Shown: positions 10,818 through 20,420 of the stretch, piece by piece
Layout: the number at the start of each line of letters is the position of its first letter
How positions within the stretch are numbered: the stretch's first letter is position 1
Assembly: GCA_001275005.1 (NCBI GenBank)
Contig: JWZX01002036.1
Span: 1 to 32,111 of the forward strand
Reading direction: 5' to 3'
Origin: Chrysochromulina tobinii
Taxonomy: Eukaryota
Length of the DNA: 32,111 nucleotides
Program-made: the position numbers and the translations under genes
Notes under the pieces: generated by a model
What the model was told of the DNA's origin: nothing
Databases searched by the model: none
What the model saw: only the letters and a program-made list of their open reading frames with translations

Positions 10818-12514
10818 ATGATGGGTGATGCGTTTGCCCCCGTCAATCTCTTTGAGGAGGGCGGCCAGGAAGCCAAGGGCGAGCAGGCCCGCATGGTGCG
10901 TCCCCGCCACACCTTATCCCTGCCCGCATCGATGTCCACTTGGGTGCGTGACGCTCACCGCGCTCCGCGTCCGCCATGCTCACCGCCTTGACGCAGGCCT
11001 CGATCGTTGGCGCGCTCGCGGTGGCCGACCTGGTCAAGTCGTCCCTCGGCCCCAAGGGCATGGACAAGATCCTCCAGTCGACGAGCCGCGGCGGCAACGT
11101 GTCGGTGACCAACGACGGCGCGACAATCCTCAAGTCGGTGCTCATCGACAACCCGGCGGCCAAGGTCCTCATCGACATCTCCAAGGTGCAGGACGACGAG
11201 GTGGGCGACGGTACCACCTCGGTGTGCGTGCTCGCGGGCGAGTTCCTTCGCCAGGCGGCCGAGCTCATCGAGAAGAAGATGCACCCGCAGACAGTGGTGG
11301 CAGGGTACCGGCTGGCGCGCGACGCGGCGCTCAAGGCGCTTGACACCGCCGCCGTCGACAACTCCAAGTCGCCCGAGGCTTTCCGCCAGGACCTGATCAA
11401 CATCGCCAAGACGACGCTCTCCTCGAAGGTCCTGTCGCAGGACAAGGAGCACTTTGCCGAGATCGCGGTGCAGGCGGTGCTCAAGCTCAAGGGGAGCACG
11501 AACCTGGACCAGATCCAGATCATCAAGCGCATCGGCGGCACGCTGACCGACTCGTACCTCGACCCCGACGGCTTCCTCCTCGACAAGAAGATCTCGGTCG
11601 GCTGCCCCAAGCGCATGACCAACTGCAAGGTCCTCGTGGCCAACACGCCCATGGACACGGACAAGGTCAAGATCTACGGCTCGAAGGTCAAGGTGGACTC
11701 GGTGGCCAAGGTGGCCGAGATTGAGGCCGCCGAGAAGGCCAAGATGCTCGACAAGGTCGACCGCATCCTCGCGCACGGCTGCAACGTCTTCTGCAACCGG
11801 CAGCTGATCTACAACCTGCCCGAGCAGCGGATGGCCGACGCGGGCGTGATGGCCATCGAGCACACCGACTTTGACGGCACCGAGCGGCTCGCGCTCGTGC
11901 TCGGCGCGGACATCGTCTCCACCTTCGACACGCCGGATCAAGTCAAGCTCGGCCGGTGCGACCTGATCGAGGAGGTCATGATCGGCGAGGACAAGCTCAT
12001 TCGCTTCTCAGGCTGCCCCAACTCGCAAGCCTCGTCCATCGTCATCCGTGGCGCCAACGAGCACGTCGTGGACGAGGCGCACCGCTCGCTGCACGACGCG
12101 CTCTGCGTGCTCTCGCAGACGGTCAAGAACACGGCCGTCATCCCCGGCGGAGGCGCCACCGAGATGCTCATGGCGCAGGCCGTCGAGGAGGCCTCCCAGA
12201 AGATTGAGGGCAAGCAGGTGCTCGCCATGGAGGCGTATGCGCGCGCGCTGCGTGCGATGCCCATGCACATTGCGGACAATGCGGGCTACGACTCGGCCGA
12301 GCTCGTCGCCGAGCTGCGTGCGAAGCACTTTGCGGGCAAGCACTCGTTTGGGCTGCAGATGGACACGGGCACCGTAGAGGACATGTGGGCCCACGGCATC
12401 TGCGATGCGTACAAGGTCAAGAAGCAGGTCGTCCTGTCTTCGTCCGAGGCGGCCGAAATGATCCTGCGCGTGGACGACATCGTGCAGTGCGCCCCGCGCC
12501 AGCGCCAGCAATAG
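10818..12514 (+). CDS. CCT2: T-complex protein 1 subunit beta (CCT2); exons 10818-10895 and 10997-12514
   Basis: Chaperonin motifs [26 protein letters not shown]2-type N-terminus ([15 protein letters not shown]) and C-terminus ([13 protein letters not shown]). 101-nt GTGCGT...CGCAG intron at 10896-10996. Confidence 0.97.
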
Positions 12515-13501
12515 AGCGCACGCGCCGCGGGTAGCCACGCCTCTGGGCGCCACCTAAGGGCCGCAAAGAGCACTGCGCACCTCTCGCTGGCATCAGCCGC
12601 GAATCACCCGACAAGTGGCGAGGCAGATGGCGGTGCAGAAGGCCGGAAGGCCGGAAGACAGCGCATGCGACACATGGTAGGGCTGCACATCCTCAATGTG
12701 TGCACCTTGCCACGTACTCACGCTCAGTCGTCACTCGTCAGATACTGGTGACCGCGTCACGGTCACCGGGACACGGTACGCGGACGCGGAGCGGCCGAAG
12801 TCGGAAGTGGGCCGGAACGCAATCGGTATATACATGCGGGAGGTCTGGCGATCCCCTGAAACATCTGTACGACCGTTGCGCGTTGGTAGATCCGACACCG
12901 CACGACTGCCGCACACTCCACACACATGCCACCCCCGCGACCCGGACGGCTCGAAACGGGCCGAGCAACGACACGAAGACGAACGAGCCGGATCGCGACT
13001 CGCGAACGGATCCGCGCATCCGCCCGATAATAAGATCAAATTTTCCCGCAAAACTGCCAGTTTATAAACTCAGCTCGACCCCCCGTGGTCGGGCACACTC
13101 CACACAAGTCACATTCGACACCCGAATTTTGGTTTTGATGTCTTGCGGGCCGGCGTCCAGTCGCGTCTCGCGACCGTGTCGGGCGTCCGGTCCCGTCGTC
13201 GGCTCCCCCTCCGTCCCCCCCCGGGCCCGCACGGCGCGCGCACGATGAGATTGGATGCTGATTGGATGCTGATCCAGTTGATCGTCGGATGTGAAGCGTG
13301 TGAAACGGGCGAAACTGCAAACGGGATGTTAACGGGATGTGAGGGAAGTGAGGCGTTTTCGACCCCAGTCACGCAGTGAGACTGCCGCGACCCGCGAGAG
13401 TCGTGAGCGCTTCGTGAGGTTCTCGTGCGTGGGCTGCCGCGCTGATGCGCCGCTTGCCGGCTCACTGCACGACACATCCGCCGCCCCTTTTCAGTACGTA
13501 C

Positions 13502-14001
13502 TTTTCAGCGACCGCGGAAATTGGGTCAAGCCTGCGATGCGCGCGCGCGAGCAGCGTGAGCTGAAGCCGCATGAGGCAAAGTCAAGCATGGGGAGAGGGT
13601 GCACTCACATCGGGTCGTCTTTGGCGTTCTTGATCGTGTAATCCAAGGCCTCCTGCAGAGTAGTGGCGAGCGACGGGAGCGCGCTGCAAAGCTCCTGCCC
13701 GAAACATTTGAGGCACATAGGAGTCACGGGCTCCATATCGTGAATTCGACGCGATGAAGTGGAATCTGAGGTGCATGGTTGTCATGTGCAGCGAGCATGG
13801 ATGTCGTGTGCAGAGCGAAACTCGCAGTTGTGTGAAGAGTGCATGGCCTCAAGGTGCGCTCTACTTGGGGCGCCCGTGTGGCATTGGCTTGCAGAGGGCT
13901 CTCAGACAGTGAGTTCACTTGCGCACCGTCTGAGACGCACGGAATTCTTCCTCGCGCTTTTGTTTTTCCGGCGCGGTCTCGGCCTTGTATGCCGCGCTCA
14001 T
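13502..14001 (-). CDS. Candidate small multi-exon gene (exons 14001-13941, 13765-13609, 13531-13502, ends uncertain) with a Dpy-30/RIIa-like helix pair
   Basis: Introns GTGCGT..CTCAG (13940-13766) and GTGAGT..CGCAG (13608-13532) keep one open frame: MSAAYKAETAPEKQKREEEFH..LATTLQEALDYTIKNAKDDPMLDPISAVAE. A further GTACGT donor lies at 13501. Confidence 0.35.
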
Positions 14002-14618
14002 CTGCGAACGGTTGCAACCAGCAAGGTAAGTCGTTTAGGCCACATATCAAGCTTCATCGGATGCACATCTCGGCACGCGCGACGCCACAGACGCCAGCGC
14101 AGAATTGGTGCTGTGGTTCCACTCCGGACTGTCTCAGTGCACAGGAGGCCATAGCATGTACAGCCGTCCGCTTGAGTCGCGTCGGGGCACCAGGCGCCTG
14201 GTCGCCTAGGAGGGCCGTCTAGATATGCACAGGGCACATTACCCAATGAGCAGAATAGCGCGCGCACCGCGGGTTTTCGGCCGAGGAGGCGCCGGGCCGA
14301 CGAACAAAAAACTTGGCAACTTTGTACTTGTGAAATTTTGCGCTGACGGGGCGCGAGCTTACACTTTATTGTGAGTGCGTATGGACAGAGAGTTGCGGAG
14401 TCTTTTATCGCGTGTGTCCAAAACAAGACAAACTGAAAAGCGAGGCGCACTTGCCCATTGTGCAGTGAGTCCAAACTCGCGGCAGAGCCGTCATGCGTCG
14501 ATTGGCAGCCTTGTGCGCGTGTGGCTACCCGTGCGCTTCGGCGTCGGCATCCTGCACGCGAGCTGTCTGCGAGGGCGCGCATCCGCGAGGCACTGCCTGA
14601 ATGGGCACGGGCGACCGC

Positions 14619-15573
14619 TCACGAGCTGGTGGACGCGGCCGCCACGCGCTTGAGAGCGTCCTCCAGCTGGGCTTTGTTGTACGTCGCGAACTGCGGCTTG
14701 TGCTTGCTGCCCGGTACGTAGTGGCAAGCGGCAGTCAGCGGCACCTCCGGCGGCGCCGGCGGCATTTTGACGCAAGCGACCTCGACGTTGCTCACGTCGA
14801 GCTTCTCCTCCATGACCTGCTTCAGGATCGTGATCGCCATCGTCTCCGCCTCCAGCAGCGTCAGATTCTTGTGGAATTGCTCCTGCGTACCAACGGCGTA
14901 CCAACGGCGGGTCGAGCGGCACGCGGTCAGGCACAGGCAGCGGGGGTGAGGCGGGCGCATCTCCGTGCACGGGGCTGCTGGGCTGCGGCTTGCCTGATGA
15001 GGGGGGCAATCAGCATGCAATCAGGCTTGCCTGCAGCGCCGTCTGCGCGCCCTCCGAGCCGGCGCCGATGGCCTTGGCGTCGAAGCGCGTGAAGGTGCCC
15101 GAGGGGTCGGTGTGGTAGAGCACCGGGCCGTGGTGATCCCAGCCAGCGACGAGCAGCGCCACGCCAAACGGCCGCGCCATCGTCTGCTCCTCGTCGCCCT
15201 CGCCGAAGTTGAGACACAGGTCGCAAACCGCCTGCGTGAGCGACTCCACCGGCATCGGCTCGTTGAAGGTGAACCGGTGGTACTGCGACTCGGAGCGCGC
15301 GTGTTCGACGAGCGTGCGCGCGTCGGCGGACAGACCGCTCATGGCCACGCCAATGTGCGAGTCGACCTCGTAGATCTTCTCCACCGACCCCGGCTCCTGC
15401 AGCGGCGAGAGCAGCCGTTTCTCCACGGCAATGACAACGCCCTCCGACGTGCAGATGCCGATGGCAGTGGTCCCGATCTTAATAGCCTCGATGGCGTACT
15501 CGACCTGGAAAAGGCGGCCCTCGGGACTGAAAGTGTTGACGCCACGGTCGTACTCGGAGCGGGTGAGGAACAT
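14619..15573 (-). CDS. PSMA5: 20S proteasome subunit alpha type-5; exons 15573-15031 and 14882-14619
   Basis: [75 protein letters not shown]. The exons are joined by a GC-AG intron at 15030-14883. Confidence 0.97.
14883..15030 (-). other. 148-nt GC-AG intron with a duplicated donor (37-nt unit 15030-14994 plus 111-nt intron 14993-14883)
   Basis: CAG|GCAAGCC tgattgcatgc tgattgcccc cctcatCAG|GCAAGCC...ACGCAG; 10-nt direct repeat ggcttgcctg at 14987-14996 and 15024-15033. Confidence 0.8.
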
Positions 15574-16202
15574 GGCTTGATTGCGGCGTGGCACCTGTGC
15601 AGGACGGGAGGATTCCAGCAATCAGGCCTGAGTACTCCTTCAAGCAGGCGCTCGTGCGAGGTCAGATGATGCGCGTGCGCCTGACGACCTCTTGCTGAGG
15701 GGTGGACTCGCGCTTGGGAACCGCTCATGTATTCGGGCTTGCGGAGCGCTGGGACCCTCCACACGGAGGAAACGGCTAACGCGCATCGATCGCGCAATGG
15801 CCGTGACGTGAGCGTCACTGAATCTCAGACGAGCACGTCAAGGCCACCAGAGCGCTCACACGCTCACAAACGAACGATGCTCGGCGCAGGCAGGCGCGCG
15901 CAGAGTGGGTCGACGCACCGCTCGACGGCGGCGAGCACGTCCTTGGCGTCCTTGGCGCGGGCGGCTTTTCACAGGCAAATGGTTATGTTTCGAGAATCGT
16001 TTGCGCACAGCCCTTTGCAGACTGCCAGCGTGAGCAAAAACGCCACATAGCACAGGCAGCAGTGTCCACACATTTTCACAGCAGTCACTGAGCAGTTCTC
16101 TTGAGACTGCAGAGTGCAGCCCTTGGAGTGCAGTGAGCTGGGAGAGCTGCAGACGCGCCGCACAAAAGATCACAGACACAATTGTTAAATTCAAATCCAC
16201 TG

Positions 16203-16748
16203 CGGTCCTTCACCGCGTCTCGTACCGCTCTTTCCCCTGCAGTAGGTATCTCGAACTGTACGCCGTATTGTACTACATGTACGGTGTGTCTGTGTCTCAA
16301 TAACTAACTTCACTCGCACATAAACTCTTTTCTATCAGAGTGAGACAGGAAAGCAGACTCACATAACGACATAAAACGCAGGTAGCAGAGTGTTATGGTA
16401 CTCACATACCAAGCAGATTCACATACCCTATGCTGTTTCAACATAGTGACGCATCGCGCGCACGTGATCGTAAAGGGCAACACCTCGTATACATTCACAC
16501 TCGCTTCATTCTCATGCTCGCGACGGTACCGCGTACCGCGCTCACCTCACAGCACAAACAATGCACGAACCAATGCGTAATGTGGTACAGCCTCATTCTG
16601 AAAAGATACGACCGCCTGAAAAGATACGACCGTTCACAGCACGAGATACTGTCAGTCAGCGAATCGCACAACTTTCTGATCACAGATCCAATTCAAAACC
16701 ACTTTGGTCGGTCCTTCACCGCGTCTCGTACCGCTCTTTCCCCTGCAG
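16203..16748. repeat. Perfect 40-nt direct repeat (16203-16242 and 16709-16748) encoding the LRR C-terminal cap on the minus strand
   Basis: cggtccttcaccgcgtctcgtaccgctctttcccctgcag occurs twice and translates as AGERAVRDAVKDR on the minus strand. Confidence 0.95.
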
Positions 16749-19700
16749 CTCCGATGTTGTTGCCAAGAAGGCGCAGATTGGTCAACACCCCATTGACACG
16801 CAGAGCGTAGGCAATCGCTGTGATGCCCACTGCAGTATAAGTTCCTCTTCCAAGACGATCGAGGCCGCACAGCTGGTTGTAGCTGAGGTTGAGGCTCGTC
16901 AGCCCGCCATTGACGCGCAGAGCGTCGGCAATCGCTGTGATGCCCTCTGCAGTGTAAGTTCAATTGCCCCACATATCGAGGCCGCACAGCTGGTTGTCGC
17001 TGAGGTTGAGGCTTGTCAGTCCGCCCGTGACAAGGTCAGTCGCAAGCAGGATCGCGTCCCCTGGGCTGAGGCCCTGGTTCCGAAAGTTGGCCTCCTTCTG
17101 GTCGCGCTTGATGCCAAACAGCATGATGCCCTTCTCGGTGCCGATCTTGGCAAGCATTCTGGTCCGACTCAATATCGAGCCTGTTCTTGAGTGCATCGAC
17201 CTTGGCGCCACGATCCAGGAGCGCCCGCGCAATCGCCTCACGCCTAAACTCGCAAGCCACCAGCAGCGCCGTCCCCCCGCGCGGGCCGACCGCGTTCACT
17301 TCCGGTCCCGCGTGGTCGAGGATTGCCAAGACCACCTCCTGCCTGTCCTCCCTGATCGCAAACTCCAGAGCGCTCACCCCACTATCGTCCCGGCGGGTAA
17401 CGTCCGCCCCGCGCTCAAGAAGCATTGCGACGACTGCAGTGTGCCCTCCGTGCGCCGCGGCCATGAGCGCCGCCATGCTTCGGTCGTTGGCCTGGTCGAT
17501 CAGCTCCGGCGTGTTGTCGAGGAGCGCTCGAAGCTCGTCGATCCGCCCAAACTGCGCCGCTTGCACGTGCGGTACAACTTCGAGCATGCGTCCCACTGAC
17601 GGCTCCACGGTCGGGAAGGGCCACAGCCGAATCACGCTGTCGGCGAGATTCCGCGCACAGAGGCGCAAGGCCTCCTCCCGCAAGGCCTCCTTTCGCTTGG
17701 ACGCGAAGCGCGCAGCCTCCCCCTTGGTCGCCGCCTTGGTCGCCGCCGTTGCCGCCGACTCGGCTGCGCCAACCCCCTCCGCAGACGGGACGAACTTGAG
17801 GAGCCGGCCGAAAGAGTTCTTGAGACCAGAGAGCAGCCCACCTCCACCACCACCGCGAGCTTCGGCGCCGGGCGCTCCCCAAACGCGCGCTGCAGCACCC
17901 CGTCGACCTGGCGCCATCGGAGCGCCGATGCCATTGGTTCACGACGGTTCTCGGCGGAAAGTATCCACCGTGCACCTCGCGGCAGTGAGGGTGCGCAACG
18001 CGGCCGCAGGGCTGAAAGCACAGCCAGCAGAACGCCACGTCGCAGCTGCTACACTTCATCGCGATGCAACCGTTTGGATCCGGGTCGCAGAACACCCCGC
18101 AAGATGGGCAGCTGAGGTTCAGGGCCTCGTGGAGCTCTGGCTGTATCGACTCGGGAGTGCACTGCACTTCTCCCTCGCCCGGCGTCTCCGTCGTCTCCAT
18201 CGTCTCGAGGTAGAGCCGCAGGGCATCTCCGAAGAGGAGGGGCTCGACCATGTTGCGGCAAAAGGAGAAGGGCTGCAGGTGGGCGCCGAGGCAGTCGAGG
18301 GCACCATTCGAACTGCGTAGCCTTGCCGAGCCAGCAAGGCTACAGATGTACCTTTGAAGGCATGCCGAGCAGATCAGGTGGCCCTCGGGGCAGGCGAGTC
18401 CGCGGAGCGTGCTGACCTCCTCGAGGCAAATGAGGCAGAGTGCTTGCTTGGCGGCCGATTCAGTAAAGGCCGAAGCAGCCGTGAGGAGAACGCGAAGGCG
18501 GGACCAGCGCTGCGTCGCAGGCGGCAGGTCTGCTACTGCAGGCGCCGCGGAGGAGTCCAGCACGCTCATGCGGAGCACGTCGGCAAGCTTGGAGGCCACC
18601 TCGTGCATCGTGAGCTCGAGCGCCTCGCACTTGGGTGCCAGCTCCAGCAGCGCCGCGCTCACAGCACGCGGGGCCGATGCCCCGGCGCTGCCGAGCTCGT
18701 GGAGGAGTCGGCCAAGACCGCGTAGGTCGGCATCGCGTGCGAGCGCTTTCTCGCCCAGCGTCGCTGACCCGGATGCCGGACGCACGTGCAGGCTGCCACA
18801 CGGTCGCAGCCACGCGCCCCCATCATGGCGGATGCCAACGGCTGCGGGTGTCACCGCGCCGTGCGCCTCTCCTGCCCCGTGCAGAGCGCACAGGCCCACC
18901 GCGACTCCGTGGAGCACGGTGAGGAGCGTCCGCGAACCATGGTGGCGTGCGAACCATGGGCCGGTCGCGTTTACGTCCGCAAAGGTGCCAAGCTCTGGCC
19001 ATCCGAAGAACAAGGCGCTCTTGGGCTCCACCGGATGGCGGGCGACCGCGCAGAGCCGTGCCATGTGCGGAAGCAACCCAAGCGTCTGAAGGCGATCGAC
19101 GGACTGGTCGTCGATGCGCTCGCTCAGCACCAGGGGCATCAGGGGCGCCGAGCTCGGATAGTGGAGGAGGCTGGGAAGATGCAGCACACCGCCGGACGGC
19201 GATGCTCGAAGAGCCTCCTCAGCCACTCGCCACGGGACTTGCTCGCAGACGATTGAGGCGCGATGAGTCAGGCTCGAATCTGGCAACGTGCGCCAGGATG
19301 GATGCGCCGGTTCGGAGTGTATCCGCCGCGGAGCGAGCGCCTGAGGGCTGATGATGGCTTCCCTCGGAGCGGGGACGGTGGTGACTGCCCTTCGGGGGAG
19401 AGGGCACTGGAGCGCCAGGAGCTGCTTGTTTGGCGTCGCGTAGCAGCGCCGCCCTTGCATTGCGGTCAACCCGCGGCTCTGAGAGCGTGCCAGCGAGGCC
19501 GACGGGCGTGGCGGCGACCTCCTCGAGCTCATCGCGGATGGCCTCAACCATGCCCGATGGAGGCTCAACGTAGTCTGGAATGAAGCTGGGAAGCGGAGCC
19601 TTCTCCTTCTTGCCTAAGCGCTTGTGCTTGGGCTCCACGGCCGTGCTATCTGCGGGCTCCTCAATTTGAGCGCGCTCCACCTGCTCTGCCTCACCGCGAG

Positions 19701-20253
19701 ACACGTCCATTCGCGGTCGTCTCGTCGAGGGTTCAATGTAAACCTCCTCGGGGCTCATCGGCCTCGGCAGCGGTGGCGGCGGTGCGGGCGGCCCCACGGA
19801 GGGGTCGATGGCACTCGTGCTGCCAGCGTTGCCGCTGCCACCGTTGGGTCTTCGTAGTTTAATCTGCTTCCTGATTTCCATGGAGTGGCCTCGGGGAATG
19901 CCATCTTTTATGAGCTGGTCGTGCATCTCGTTTAGTTCAACGTCATCGTACTTCAGCAGTATTTCCAAGCTGCCGAAGCCGGCATTCTGCATGATTGCCG
20001 AGTAGGATGCCGCGTTCTGGCGCACATCAGGATGCGTAAATTTTCCCAGGAATCCGTCGAGCGTTTCGCCCACGCCCGCCGCGGTGAGGTCCTGTTGGCC
20101 ACCCATCACGGCGTCGGCCGACTGCAAACCGGCAGCGATGTGAGCTGCCATGTTATCTGCCGCGATGTCCGCAGCGAGCACGCCGTAATCAATGCCGGCG
20201 TCGTGAGCGCCTGCCATGGGGCCAGGTTTTCCGGGGGCACCATGTGGCGGCAT
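16680..20253 (-). pseudogene. Disrupted multidomain gene: SAM-like, degenerate kinase-like, RING, Rcat/IBR-like zinc finger, ankyrin repeats, RI/NLRC3-type LRRs
   Basis: SAM-like ~20060-19850 (FLGKF..YSAIMQNAGFGSLEIL..GIPRGHSMEI). Kinase-like ~18960-18600 (GVAVGLCALH..HGAVTPAAV..ADLRGLGRLLHEL). RING CLIC..CPEGH.ICSAC ~18437-18290. CPSC..GCIAMKCSSCDVAFCWLC ~18110-17990. Ankyrin ~17560-17193. LRR LTSLNLSxNQLCG with a 117-nt period. Single-base frameshifts near 19254, 17922, 17878 and 17163; in-frame TGA at 16962-16960. Confidence 0.7.
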
Positions 20254-20420
20254 TGGGCCACTTTACGATTCTCGTGCGTGATCAATAACAAGTGTAATTA
20301 ATGCATCCCTGAGAACGGATTTCGTCAATTTCGGAGAATTTTGCTGTTTCTACCTGCATGTGTCTCCCTTCGGGGTCTTGTATTGTACATGTATTGTCTT
20401 CTCTTCTGTGCTTTGATCTG

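Noticed and set aside
3841..12553. Many long alternative-frame and antisense ORFs (e.g. 4029-5741 +, 6336-7382 +, 10955-11941 -)
   Set aside because: Shadow ORFs expected in high-GC coding DNA; R/A/G/P-rich with no recognisable motifs.
12600..13250. ORFs in the spacer after CCT2 and a short inverted match (~12960-12976) to ~859-874
   Set aside because: Translations are not protein-like and the nucleotide similarity is only about 14/16 nt, too short to call a repeat family.
14690..14766. Extra segment [24 protein letters not shown] in PSMA5 as another intron
   Set aside because: It is in frame, stop-free and lacks a splice-site pair that removes it cleanly; more likely a loop insertion.
16960..16962. 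In-frame TGA as selenocysteine or stop-codon recoding
   Set aside because: It aligns with GGA (Gly) in the sister LRR repeat, so it is a single G-to-T change in a gene that also has frameshifts.
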